DNA of 64,000 nt from contig CANPFW010000001.1 in NCBI GenBank assembly GCA_947573405.1, forward strand, positions 20,322-84,321, written 5' to 3'. The translations under genes were made by a program, and so were the position numbers. The notes under the pieces were generated by a model that saw nothing but the letters and a program-made list of their open reading frames with translations, was not told the origin of the DNA and did not search any database. Positions 45,566 through 54,644 of the stretch are shown one piece after another. Origin of the DNA: an uncultured Clostridia bacterium (GTDB lineage Bacteria; Bacillota; Clostridia; Oscillospirales; CAG-272). Each line of letters starts with the position of its first letter. Within the stretch, counting starts at the first letter, position 1.

Positions 45566-46429
45566 TTAAATTTTTTCCTTGTACCGGCGGATTTCATCTA
45601 TATAATAGGGCAATGCCGTTTCAAAATCCACGCCGTACCAGCGCCGGTCGGTTGCCGCCGCCCAGCATGCGGCGCTGCGGGAGGTAAACTCCACTGCAAG
45701 AGAAAGGGCGTCGTCCAGGCACATTCCTGCGGCAAGAGCGCCCACACATGCGGAAGCAAACACGTCTCCTGTTCCGTGAAGGGGCTGGCTTGTCCGCACC
45801 CGCTCCCCATAATAGGAAAAGGTGGAGCCGTCCCGTCCGTCATATTTCAGAACGCCCAGCTTGTCCTCCTCTCCGGTAGGAGACACGCCGGTGAGCACCG
45901 CGCATTTCGCACCCATGGCGCACAGTCTGCGGAGCAGATCTGTAAGCTGATCCCGGGTAAAATCCTCCCGATACGGCTCATTCAGCAGGGCGCAGGCTTC
46001 TGTGAGATTCGGTACGATCACATCCGCACGGGCGCATAAATCTGCCATATATCCCGGGAAGGTCGTATGAAATCCGGTGTACAGTTTTCCAAAGTCCCCC
46101 ATAACCGGATCCACAAACACAGCTTGGTCTTTCCCGGGCAAGCGATTCAGAAACCGGGACACAGTGCCGATCTGCTCCGGGGAAGCGAGATATCCTGTAT
46201 ATACAAAATCGAACGCAAGTCCTTCCTGCTCCCAAGAAGCAAAGATTGCTTCCATGTCCTGGGACAAATCCCGTTTGTATACGTGGGCAAAAGCGGTGTG
46301 AGCAGAAAGCACTGCGGTAGGCAGAACTGCCGCTTCCGCGCCGGCAGCGCTGATAATAGGCAACGCTACTCCAAGAGAACACTTGCCCACGCAGGATATA
46401 TCCTGCACAGTTAAAACACGTTTCATCAT
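45566..46429 (-). CDS. pdxK: Pyridoxal/pyridoxamine kinase
   Basis: VQDISCVGKCSLGVALPIISAAG...TGDVFASA. The start is among the clustered Mets at 46426-46438. Confidence 0.8.
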   Translation of the reverse strand: MMKRVLTVQDISCVGKCSLGVALPIISAAGAEAAVLPTAVLSAHTAFAHVYKRDLSQDMEAIFASWEQEGLAFDFVYTGYLASPEQIGTVSRFLNRLPGKDQAVFVDPVMGDFGKLYTGFHTTFPGYMADLCARADVIVPNLTEACALLNEPYREDFTRDQLTDLLRRLCAMGAKCAVLTGVSPTGEEDKLGVLKYDGRDGSTFSYYGERVRTSQPLHGTGDVFASACVGALAAGMCLDDALSLAVEFTSRSAACWAAATDRRWYGVDFETALPYYIDEIRRYKEKI

Positions 46430-46443
46430 ACTCTCCATTTGTT

Positions 46444-47001
46444 CTATCCCAATATATGTAAATGCTCCAGCACGATTTTTATGCCGATGAGGATTAGGAC
46501 GACTCCACCTGTGATCTTTGCACCCCGGAGAAACCGGTTTCCAAAGCAGCTTCCAATGAATACGCCTGCCACGGATAAAATAAATGTTACCAGTCCAATC
46601 ACTAGCACACAGCCCCATATATTGCATTCTTCTGCAATCATGGAAAAAGCCACACCCATTGCCAGAGCGTCCACACTGGTGGCAAGGGCTGGCAAAAACA
46701 TCCCTTGGGGAACCGTACAGCTTTCCCCTTCCCGGACGGCATCCAGAATCATATTGCCGCCGATCAGGGTAAGAAGGGCACAGGCGATCCAGTGATCATA
46801 GGCTTCAATATAATGAAGAAACTGCGCTCCCAGAAACCAGCCGATGAGGGGCATCAGCGCCTGAAACACGCCGAACCACAGCCCTGCGCGACACGCGTTT
46901 CCTACAGTGATTTTTCCCATAGACAATCCTTTGCACACAGACACGGCAAAGGCGTCCATAGCAAGGCTGACGGCGATAAGTAAAAGTTCTCCGATTCCCA
47001 T
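46444..47001 (-). CDS. mntP: Manganese efflux pump MntP
   Basis: LAMDAFAVSV and a second DALAMGVAF half-repeat. 185 aa membrane protein. Confidence 0.85.
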   Translation of the reverse strand: MGIGELLLIAVSLAMDAFAVSVCKGLSMGKITVGNACRAGLWFGVFQALMPLIGWFLGAQFLHYIEAYDHWIACALLTLIGGNMILDAVREGESCTVPQGMFLPALATSVDALAMGVAFSMIAEECNIWGCVLVIGLVTFILSVAGVFIGSCFGNRFLRGAKITGGVVLILIGIKIVLEHLHILG

Positions 47002-47074
47002 ATTCTATCCATTCCTGTCTGTTTACTATACTATAAATGTACGAGTAAACAAGACAGAAAATGCATAATTCGTA

Positions 47075-47277
47075 AAGGGAGGCTTAGATTCCCGAAAGTC
47101 TCCCCCAGCAAAGGGAAATGGCGCAAAACAAAAATTCCCAGAAGGCTCCCTTGTGCAAAGGGAGCTGTCGCGAAGCGACTGAGGGATTGTCCCTGCTGTC
47201 ATTTTAAAATCATCTGCAAATCGGCAGTTTTACAATTCCCCCGCCGATTACATCGGCCCCCCCTTTGCACAAGGGGA
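47075..47277. repeat. Repeat family copy E7a (A orientation) with additional upstream H1-like modules
   Basis: H1 ggctcccttgtgcaaagggagc. H2 gtcgc-gaa-gcgac. Inverted repeats 47180-47190 and acaattccccc 47232-47242. Right H2 gccgat-taca-tcggc. H1 cccccctttgcacaagggg. Confidence 0.85.
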
Positions 47278-47326
47278 TTTTTGTTGTGGAAGGTTCCATA
47301 AGGAGACAGTGGAGCATAAACTTTTT

Positions 47327-47484
47327 TAGCCTCCCTTGTGCAAAGGGAGGTGTCGGCCAAGCGCAGCGATGCCGGCGGAGGGATTGTCCCTGCTATCATT
47401 TTAAATACTCTGCAAATCGACAGTATATACAAACAATCCTTCCGTCATGCCTTGCGGCATGCCCCCCCTTTGCACAAAGGAGGC
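47327..47484. repeat. Repeat family copy E7b (A orientation), abutting the trmB stop codon
   Basis: H1 gcctcccttgtgcaaagggagg. H2 gtcggc...gccggc. Inverted repeats 47377-47387 and 47433-47443. Right H2 gtcatgcc-ttg-cggcatgc. H1 ccccccctttgcacaaaggagg ends at 47484. Confidence 0.85.
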
Positions 47485-48246
47485 TTACAATGTTTGTGCA
47501 GGCTGTTCATCCTTCCTTGCTTCTACCATATGAATGGGGAAGCCTTTTGCAGTGAAATTGCGCTCATATTCCGTCATGATATTATTATCTGCACGTTCAC
47601 TGCTGTGCAGATCGTGGGTTACAAAAGTTATGGTAAAGGGGGAGTTCTCCAGCATTTCCAGAGAATATGCAAACAAACCGGCATTGTCTGTTTTAAAACG
47701 GAAATATCCGCCGGGACGCAGCAGATACAGATACCGCTCTAAAAAATCCGGGTGGGTCAGCCGTCGGCGGGCATGTCCCTTTTTCGGCCAGGGATCGCTG
47801 AAATTGGCGTAAATAGATTCAAAAATCCCGCCCTCAAAATAATCGGTGAGCCCCCCTGCTTCCATGGGCATAAACCGCACGTTTCCGCGCATATCGAGGG
47901 GGATATCCCATGGCGTATCTTTATATACTGTGCCGTCCGGCGCTTCCCATCCCCCTTGGGGGTAGGGTCTTCCCAGTCTCCTGTCCGCGGCATATTTCTC
48001 CATGGCAATGACAGCTACGTCTGCGCAGCGTTCCATGGCAAGATAATTATAGTCCGGCTCCTGCCGGGATAGGCCGCGGATAAAATCTCCCTTGCCGCAT
48101 CCGATCTCCAGGCGCAGCGGGAGTTCCTTCTCAAAATTGAATGAAACCCGTCCCCCATCAGCGGGAACGGATACGGTCAGTGCGGATAAAACGGAAAGTC
48201 TTTCCTTTCCCCGCGGTTTTTTTCGCATTCTCATATTGCAATGCAT
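47485..48246 (-). CDS. trmB: tRNA (guanine46-N7)-methyltransferase
   Basis: LEIGCGKGDFI SAM motif and FSDPWPKK. The start may be one of the nearby Mets (MRMRKKP). Confidence 0.85.
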   Translation of the reverse strand: MHCNMRMRKKPRGKERLSVLSALTVSVPADGGRVSFNFEKELPLRLEIGCGKGDFIRGLSRQEPDYNYLAMERCADVAVIAMEKYAADRRLGRPYPQGGWEAPDGTVYKDTPWDIPLDMRGNVRFMPMEAGGLTDYFEGGIFESIYANFSDPWPKKGHARRRLTHPDFLERYLYLLRPGGYFRFKTDNAGLFAYSLEMLENSPFTITFVTHDLHSSERADNNIMTEYERNFTAKGFPIHMVEARKDEQPAQTL

Positions 48247-48444
48247 CCTGCTTTTTGTTAGAATAAGTACACTGGCAAATATTTTCTGTGAAATATTTGC
48301 ACTGCTGGATAGAGTATATCACAAGTAAAGGAAAAAATCCAGACCAAACATCAGAATTGGGCAGGGTGCATACCTGTCCCGTTCCCGGCATACGAATAAA
48401 AAGAGCCGCCGGGATAGAATCCGGGCAAAAAGGAGGGCTTTCGT

Positions 48445-49329
48445 TTGAATATAGATACGTTTTCCGCCGGACTGATTCAGTCGCTGACGGCACGGGGAAT
48501 CGACAGGCAAACTGCATCGGAATATACGAGGACCCTCATTCGCACTTTGACGGAAGAGGATCTGCGGGAAATTGCAGGATATCGTACCGGTGAAGATTTT
48601 ACAGCTCTGTCTGAAAGTATGGCAAAGCTGATCCAGGAAAGAACCGCGCCGAAAGTCACTGTCCGACCGGATATGGATACAAAAGTGATTCGCACGCCGC
48701 GTCCTGCTGATGCAGGCACGCACCATCCACTGGATGGGGATATGGAGCACACCAGAACTGGTCTGCCGCCGATTCAGCCAGGAAAGACCGCTGTGGCACG
48801 AAAGGCACCGGATGAAATGGAGCACACTAAAATTAGCGTGCCGGTACAGGAGAAGGAGGAGCATCCTCTCTGGGAGGAGGAAGTGACCCGACAGGGCTTT
48901 GTTCCCTTAACAGGCCGGGGTAAAGCAGTTTTTTGGACGTCGGTTGTTCTGACGCTTCCTCTGACTGTTACTTTTAGTGCACTGCTGCTGTTTATTTTTG
49001 TTTTGTGCTTTCTGACTGTATGTGCGCTGATCGCTGCCAGCTTTCTGCTTATCGGCGGTGAGGTGGTAGCAGGAACTGCTGGTTTTTTAGTAGGCGTGAT
49101 ATATGGGATTATTCAAATCTGCACTACCTCGGCAGGTATTGGTATTTATGAAATCGGACTTGGGATTATTTGCGCGGGCGCGGCTTTGGCGTTTGGCGTT
49201 TTGACCTATTATTTAGCCACGCGGGGACTGCCGTACATACTGCGTCAGGAACTTCTTTTCGGGCGTTATTTTCTGCGGCAGGTGAAACCTATGATCAATC
49301 GGTGGAGAGAGGGGGTCAATAAACGATGA
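48445..49329 (+). CDS. Hypothetical membrane protein (DUF1700-like arrangement)
   Basis: TTG start after AAGGAGGG. Soluble N-terminal domain with a C-terminal multi-helix membrane region. ATGA overlap with the next gene. Confidence 0.6.
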   Translation: MNIDTFSAGLIQSLTARGIDRQTASEYTRTLIRTLTEEDLREIAGYRTGEDFTALSESMAKLIQERTAPKVTVRPDMDTKVIRTPRPADAGTHHPLDGDMEHTRTGLPPIQPGKTAVARKAPDEMEHTKISVPVQEKEEHPLWEEEVTRQGFVPLTGRGKAVFWTSVVLTLPLTVTFSALLLFIFVLCFLTVCALIAASFLLIGGEVVAGTAGFLVGVIYGIIQICTTSAGIGIYEIGLGIICAGAALAFGVLTYYLATRGLPYILRQELLFGRYFLRQVKPMINRWREGVNKR

Positions 49330-50285
49330 AACGAAGATCCAAAGTCTTTCTTATGGCTGCCGCTGTGCTGGTGGGTGCGGGACTGATCATCTGTCTGATC
49401 GGCGCAGGCATAAGCAGTGCCGCAGGGGATCCGCTTTTTGCTTCCTCCTTAGAAGAAGGAAAGGGATATCGGTATCCTTTTGACGGTAGTAAAATTGATA
49501 AAATCAAGCTGGATGTTGCAGATGCAAAAATTCAGATCATCGGCGGTGCGGAGGAATCTTATATAGAAATTCTGCATTTTAATGAAAATTTGTATTCCTT
49601 TTCCATGAGCAAATCCCTGATCAGTTTTAAGGAGTCTCCGGATGTTTCCTCTGTGCTCCGATTCTGGGAAAGCGGATTTACTTTCAAAGGACTACGGTAC
49701 ATTTTGCGGCTGTCTCCCAATAAAGGAGAAAAAGCAATCAACGTGCATCTGACAGACGATGATTATGTGAAGTGTCTGGAAGTCAAAAGCCGAACAGGAA
49801 ATATTTCCGTAACAGATATGGAAACGGATACAGACTATATTTTCACTATGGAAAGCGGATCTGTAAAAATGGAAAATGTCACTACCGGATCTGCACTTAG
49901 TGTTACATCAACAGGGACACAGCCCTGTGCTGTGGAATTGGAAAACACAACTGTCCGCCTTCTTACGCTGAATCTAACGGAGGGGGACGTGCAGGCAAAA
50001 GTATTATCCGCACTCACAAGTAAGATTGACGTTGCCCACGGCAGTATTAATCTGGATTATATCCCACGGAGGGATTTGTTTACCATAGCAGTGAATACCA
50101 AAGGAAAACTGTCTGTAAACGAGGTTGGATATATTGACAAATACCAATATACCACAAAAGAGGAAGATGCCCAGCCGAGCGATGACGAGGAAACTGAGGA
50201 AGAAACCCTGACGATTAACTGCAAGGATGCGGCGGTATATCTGTTTGCACAAACGCTTCCGGCAGATACACAAAAAGCAAAATAA
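49326..50285 (+). CDS. DUF4097-like beta-strand repeat (putative adhesin) protein
   Basis: N-terminal TM anchor, then repeated G(N/S)I/V-x-V strands (GNISVTDMETDTDYIFTMESGSVKMENV...). Confidence 0.6.
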   Translation: MKRRSKVFLMAAAVLVGAGLIICLIGAGISSAAGDPLFASSLEEGKGYRYPFDGSKIDKIKLDVADAKIQIIGGAEESYIEILHFNENLYSFSMSKSLISFKESPDVSSVLRFWESGFTFKGLRYILRLSPNKGEKAINVHLTDDDYVKCLEVKSRTGNISVTDMETDTDYIFTMESGSVKMENVTTGSALSVTSTGTQPCAVELENTTVRLLTLNLTEGDVQAKVLSALTSKIDVAHGSINLDYIPRRDLFTIAVNTKGKLSVNEVGYIDKYQYTTKEEDAQPSDDEETEEETLTINCKDAAVYLFAQTLPADTQKAK

Positions 50286-50319
50286 CGGAACATACAAAAG
50301 AAAGGCATTGGGATTTTAT

Positions 50320-50574
50320 ATGGAATACACCTACAAGTTAAAAGGCGTGTGTGCATCAGAAGTTTCATTTGAACTGGAAGAAGATGGCACGATAAAAAAC
50401 GTCCGGTTCACCGGCGGATGCAACGGCAATCTGAAAGCTGTCGGCAAACTGACGGAAGGTATGGATGCAGAAAAGGTGGCGCAAATTCTCGCGGGAAACA
50501 TCTGCGGGCATAAACAGACGTCCTGTGCAGACCAGTTGGCGCGCTCTATTCGGGCAGCACTTGCAGAAAAGTAA
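50320..50574 (+). CDS. TSCPD-domain protein (TIGR03905 type)
   Basis: FTGGCNGNLKAVGKL...NICGHKQTSCADQLA. Start moved to MEYTYKL (50320). Confidence 0.75.
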   Translation: MEYTYKLKGVCASEVSFELEEDGTIKNVRFTGGCNGNLKAVGKLTEGMDAEKVAQILAGNICGHKQTSCADQLARSIRAALAEK

Positions 50575-50590
50575 TGCAGAAGGGCGTCCG

Positions 50591-51025
50591 TGTGAGGATC
50601 CGCTGCTCGGTTCCATAATAGGAAGCGGGCATGCCGTACTTTACTATCCTAAAGATCCCCTTTTGTGCAAAAGGGGCATCCCGCGAAGTCCCCAAAAAAA
50701 GCCCCCTTTGTGCAAAGGGGGCTCCCGTGAAGCCCCCCAAAAAAGGTCCCCTTGTGTGCAAAGGGGCATCCCGCGGAGCCCCCAAAAAAAGGCTCCCTTG
50801 TGCAAAGGGAGCTCCCGCGGAGCGGGTGAGGGATTGTCTAAGCAAAACTGCCGATTGCAGGTTATTTAAAATGATAGTATAACAATCCCTCCGAGCTTTG
50901 CTGCGCAAAGCCTACCCCCCTTTGCACAAAAGGGCTTTAGTAGGGTGGAAGGTCGCACTACCTCCCTTTGCTGGGGGAGGCTTGGTTTAAAGGAAGCATC
51001 TCCTTTTACCGGGAGGATGCTTATA
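50591..51025. repeat. Repeat family copy E8 (B orientation), preceded by four tandem H1 modules
   Basis: Four units of about 42-45 bp (CCCCTTGTGCAAAGGGG + CNYCCCGYGRAG + poly-A) from about 50650 to 50815. Inverted repeats 50827-50837 and 50882-50892. Right H2 gagctttgc-tgc-gcaaagcc. Further H1-like hairpins extend to 51025. Confidence 0.85.
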
Positions 51026-51120
51026 AAGTTTAACAAAATCTTATAGTAAATCACTTTCAACCCCCAATATATTCACATAACAAAAATACAGGAGGACAGC
51101 GCAAGCTGAAACAACAACCC

Positions 51121-53400
51121 ATGTTTATTGTAAAAGATCAGAAAAATCCCCGGTGGGAGTACGAAATTACCAGTGTAGACAAAGGAATTTTCCACGTCCG
51201 TGTTTCCGCTGACGGAACCTATGCCGAGACACTGCTGACACGCTACAACATCCTGAAGGAAACAGAAACCGATACCGGCGCATCTGTATCCGACAGCACC
51301 ATTACACAGGGCAGATTTTCTCTGACCGTCACACCGGAAAGTACACTGCGGGTAGAAGGAACAAAAGAACCCCTTGTGTTCCATTTTGACGGATATGAGG
51401 GCAAGCCATATCAGAATAAAGGCTTCACATTGCAGATTGATCTGCATAAAAAGGAACGTTTGTACGGTTTGGGAGACGAATCCAGAGAAAGCATATCCCG
51501 CCGGAACTCCGTGTCCCGACTGGATATCCGCAACATTGCGTCCTACGGTCCTATCCCCTATATCATGTCTATGAACGGCTGGGGTATGCTGCTTAACTGC
51601 ACCTATGCATCTGTTTTCGATATGGACAAGGATCATCCCGATCAGGTGAAAATCACTACCCACAAGGGCATGATTGATTTCTATCTGTTCCTGCCGGAGT
51701 CCGGCGCTCTTGCTGATATCCTTGCACTGCATGGCAAAATTGCAGGAACACCTGTCATGCTGCCGAAATTTGCTTATGGATACACCTTTGTACTTAACGA
51801 ACAGACCAATGCGAGAGAAATGCTGTATGACTGCCTGAATTTCCGCAGAGAAGATATTTCCTGTGATATGGTAGGTCTGGAGCCTCAGTGGATGAGCCGG
51901 AAATATGATACCAGCGTAGACAAAAAGCTGGACGAAGATCGGTTCTATATCCCCGGATGGCTGCCGGACGATCAAAGCGGTCCGGAAACCTTTTTCTATT
52001 CCCTCCGGGAAATGGGCTTCCGTCTCAGCCTGTGGCTGTGTCAGAATTACGACCTGCTCTTTGAAGAAGAACGGCAGTTGGGCGAACGGATGAAGGAATT
52101 GGGCAAGGAATATACCTTTGAGGGCGCTTCTATTTTGGATGAGCATCTGGCGTGCCCGCTTTATATGGATGGACTGACTGTGCGGGATCAGCCCTGGTTT
52201 GAGCACCTGAAAAAATTCTGCGATAACGGCGCGGAAGCGTTCAAGCTGGACGGTGCATTCCAGGTGAACGATCATCCGGACCGGCTTTGGGGCGGAAAAT
52301 ACTTTGATGATGAAGTGCATAATGTGTACCCTGTACTGTATGTAAAACAGATGAAAGAGGGATTTGCAAACCACACGGGTCGCCGTGCTATGATTTACAC
52401 GCCCTGTGTTTACGCAGGTACCCAGCAGTATGCTGCGTCCTGGGCAGGCGACACCGGCGGCGGATTTGACACAGTGGTTGCAATGCTTAACTACGGTCTG
52501 TCCGGACATTCCAACGTAACCTGCGATATGGACATCACTTCTCTGGAAGGTATCCACTATGGATTCCTGTCTCCCTGGACCCAGCAGCTTGGCTGGCGTA
52601 ACTGGAACTTGCCCTGGTTCATGCGGGATGAAGTGCTGGAAGCGGTGCGGTATTACTCTCATCTGCGCAGCGAGCTGTTCCCCTACATTTATTCTATGGC
52701 GCATCTGGCTGCAAAAACATCCATGCCCCTTGCACGTGCACTTCCTCTGATGTATCCGGATCATCCGGAATACGATCAGGTTGCAAATACCTATATGTTC
52801 GGCGACAGCCTGCTGGTAGCTGTGTTTGATATGAAGGTAACACTGCCGGAAGGACAGTGGATTGATTACTTCACCGGTGAGGTGTATGAAGGCGGTCAGG
52901 TAATCCAATACCAGATTCCGAAGGGACGGGGCGGTGCGCTCATGGTAAAAGCCGGCAGTGTGCTGTGCACTATGGCATATCAGAGATATTTGCATGAAAC
53001 CACTGCGGACACATACTGCATTCAGGTATATCCCGGTGCAGATGCTTCCTTTACCTTGTGTGAGGATGACGGCTACACCTACGATTATAAAGACGGCAAA
53101 ATGGCAACCACAGTCATCGCTTTGGAAAACAGTACTGCGGGCGAGTTTGATCTGGTGATCAACACGCGGGAGGGCAGTTTTGACGGACGTGTGAAGGATG
53201 AAAATTCCAAGCCCTCCGATCCTGTTATTCCGGGAGTTGGTGAAATCAGCGGATTCCAGGCACGCATTTTCGGTGGTGCAAAGGAAGTAACGCTGAACGA
53301 CGCACCTGTTGCGATTCGGGAAGAGGATGGTTACTGCGTATTTGACGTGCCGCAGGAACTGCATGCGGCAGGCAAGCTGGTATATCATGTAATCCAGTAA
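51121..53400 (+). CDS. Glycoside hydrolase family 31 (alpha-glucosidase/alpha-xylosidase type)
   Basis: FKLDGAF (nucleophile region), SWAGDTGGGFD, and PWFMRDE...YSHLRSELFPYIYS. 759 aa. Confidence 0.85.
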   Translation: MFIVKDQKNPRWEYEITSVDKGIFHVRVSADGTYAETLLTRYNILKETETDTGASVSDSTITQGRFSLTVTPESTLRVEGTKEPLVFHFDGYEGKPYQNKGFTLQIDLHKKERLYGLGDESRESISRRNSVSRLDIRNIASYGPIPYIMSMNGWGMLLNCTYASVFDMDKDHPDQVKITTHKGMIDFYLFLPESGALADILALHGKIAGTPVMLPKFAYGYTFVLNEQTNAREMLYDCLNFRREDISCDMVGLEPQWMSRKYDTSVDKKLDEDRFYIPGWLPDDQSGPETFFYSLREMGFRLSLWLCQNYDLLFEEERQLGERMKELGKEYTFEGASILDEHLACPLYMDGLTVRDQPWFEHLKKFCDNGAEAFKLDGAFQVNDHPDRLWGGKYFDDEVHNVYPVLYVKQMKEGFANHTGRRAMIYTPCVYAGTQQYAASWAGDTGGGFDTVVAMLNYGLSGHSNVTCDMDITSLEGIHYGFLSPWTQQLGWRNWNLPWFMRDEVLEAVRYYSHLRSELFPYIYSMAHLAAKTSMPLARALPLMYPDHPEYDQVANTYMFGDSLLVAVFDMKVTLPEGQWIDYFTGEVYEGGQVIQYQIPKGRGGALMVKAGSVLCTMAYQRYLHETTADTYCIQVYPGADASFTLCEDDGYTYDYKDGKMATTVIALENSTAGEFDLVINTREGSFDGRVKDENSKPSDPVIPGVGEISGFQARIFGGAKEVTLNDAPVAIREEDGYCVFDVPQELHAAGKLVYHVIQ

Positions 53401-53406
53401 GAAATC

Positions 53407-53438
53407 AAAAAAGGAGAGGGATTTTCCCTCTCCTTTTT
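53407..53438 (+). terminator. GH31 gene terminator
   Basis: ggagaggg (53413-53420) pairs with ccctctcc (53426-53433), followed by TTTTT. Confidence 0.7.
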
Positions 53439-53440
53439 CG

Positions 53441-53575
53441 ATAGAATGCAAACAATCCCCCCGACTTGCCTGCGGCAAGTCACCCCCCTTTGCACAAGGG
53501 GGGCTTAAGGTTGAGAGGAACAATCCCCCCGCCGCCACCCCCTCGGAACTGCGTAGCAGGTCCTCACATGGGGGC
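53441..53575. repeat. Repeat family E9a: coreless composite of two consecutive right arms
   Basis: acaatcccccc 53452-53462, then H2 gacttgcc-tgc-ggcaagtc, H1 cccccctttgcacaagggggg, cttaaggttgagaggaacaatcccccc (53520-53530), and ccccctcggaactgcgtagcaggtcctcacatggggg. Confidence 0.8.
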
Positions 53576-53609
53576 TTTCGTGTTAGCGGATGATTATGAT
53601 TATGGCGAG

Positions 53610-53833
53610 CCACTTCCTATAGGATCCACTGCGTGGCTCCATAGGAAGCTGTCGCGGAACCTAATAGAAAATAGAAAAGGCTCCCTTGTGTAAAGGGAGC
53701 TGTCGCAGCTTTGCTGTGACTGAGGGATTGTACTACGCTCATTTTGAAGGATCTATAAATCGGCAGTTTAACATAGACAATCCCCCCGCCGCCACTCCCT
53801 CGGAACTGCGTAGCAGGTCCTCACATGGGGGCT
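53610..53833. repeat. Repeat family copy E9b (A orientation)
   Basis: ggatccactgcgtggctcc hairpin. H1 ggctcccttgtgtaaagggagc. H2 gtcgcagc-tttg-ctgtgac. Inverted repeats 53721-53731 and 53777-53787. Right arm ccctcggaactgcgtagcaggtcctcacatggggg. Confidence 0.85.
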
Positions 53834-53897
53834 TTTATATTTGCAGGTGATTTTATACAATGGGCTTTCGTATTGATAAGTGCTAACCACCTATTCT

Positions 53898-54644
53898 TCA
53901 CTGTAAGCTGTCTGTAAAGGATATTGCTGTTTCCAGAGCAAGGCGCATCATATCTGTAAAGGAAGTCTGCCGTTCTTCTGCCGTTGTAGCTTCTCCTGTA
54001 ATCAGGTGATCGGACACAGTGCAGATTGCTAACGCATGTTTTCCTGCGCGGGCGGCGTTCATATATAACGCCGCAGCTTCCATCTCCACTGCAAGCACAC
54101 CCATTTTGCTCCAAAGCGCAGTAGAGTCTGTATCATCATGATAAAAAATATCACTTGAAAGAAGATTTCCCACATGATAAGGTAGTCCTGCGTTCTTTGC
54201 CGCCGCTGTGCAATGCTCCAGCAGCTGATAGCTTGCAATGGGTGCAAAGGCTCCGGGAAGGTGGAATGTGTGTGAAAAGGCAGAATCTGTGCACGCTCCC
54301 TGCCCAATTACAATATCCCGTACTTGAACCTTTTCCTGTATTCCCCCGGCAGATCCGACCCGGATGATTGCCTCCACATTAAAAAAGTTGAATAATTCGT
54401 AGGAATAAATCCCCATGGACGGCATGCCCATGCCGCTTGCCATCACGGATATGCGCCGTCCATTGTAAGTTCCAGTATAGCCCTGCACACCCCGCACATT
54501 GTTGACCAGCACCGGAGCTGTCAGAAAATTCTCCGCTATATATTTTGCCCGCAAAGGATCGCCGGGCATCAGAACCACCGGCGCAAAATCTGAGGGGGAT
54601 GCGTTAATATGCGGTGTTGGATATAGTTTCATAATCTGCTCCAT
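53898..54644 (-). CDS. deoD: Purine nucleoside phosphorylase (DeoD type)
   Basis: TPHINASPSDFAPVVLMPGDPLRAKYIAENFL...NNVRG is very close to the E. coli DeoD N-terminus. The start is probably the second Met, at 54632. Confidence 0.9.
   Translation of the reverse strand: MEQIMKLYPTPHINASPSDFAPVVLMPGDPLRAKYIAENFLTAPVLVNNVRGVQGYTGTYNGRRISVMASGMGMPSMGIYSYELFNFFNVEAIIRVGSAGGIQEKVQVRDIVIGQGACTDSAFSHTFHLPGAFAPIASYQLLEHCTAAAKNAGLPYHVGNLLSSDIFYHDDTDSTALWSKMGVLAVEMEAAALYMNAARAGKHALAICTVSDHLITGEATTAEERQTSFTDMMRLALETAISFTDSLQ

Noticed and set aside
47002-47140. Possible yybP-ykoY manganese riboswitch upstream of mntP (GGGGAGAC resembles the GGGGAGUAG core)
   Set aside because: The GGGGAG-containing stretch belongs to an H1-type hairpin of the repeat family (tcccccagcaaagggaa), and I cannot find the second conserved half of the motif. 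Only the SD-proximal hairpin is reported, as a low-interest finding.
50650-50815. Regularly spaced hairpin repeats that look superficially like a CRISPR array (also at 28681-28790)
   Set aside because: The repeats are only about 17-19 bp. The intervening segments are themselves conserved between units and too short, at about 25 bp. There are no cas genes, and the units are part of the palindromic element arms.
50631-50882. Short ORFs translating the repeat tracts (for example 470..694, 28624..28842, 35480..35680, 47265..47555, 50631..50882, 53466..53693, 63231..63536), giving peptides such as PLCKGG, PFAQGG and PPLHKGG
   Set aside because: The same DNA is read in different frames and strands at different loci. 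The similarity is at nucleotide level and palindromic, and there are no RBS or start contexts. These are repeat-derived artefacts rather than genes.
51073-53613. 846-aa minus-strand ORF, the longest ORF in this region
   Set aside because: It is antisense to the GH31 gene (51121..53400), which has clear family motifs (KLDGAF, WAGDTGGGFD). The minus-strand product is low-complexity with no motifs and runs into repeat sequence at both ends, so it is a shadow ORF of a GC-rich gene.
54604-54644. 41-nt overlap between deoC and deoD, considered as possible translational coupling or frameshifting
   Set aside because: It is most simply explained by a later deoD start (Met at 54632 or further) and a non-conserved DeoC C-terminal extension. 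There is no slippery sequence.
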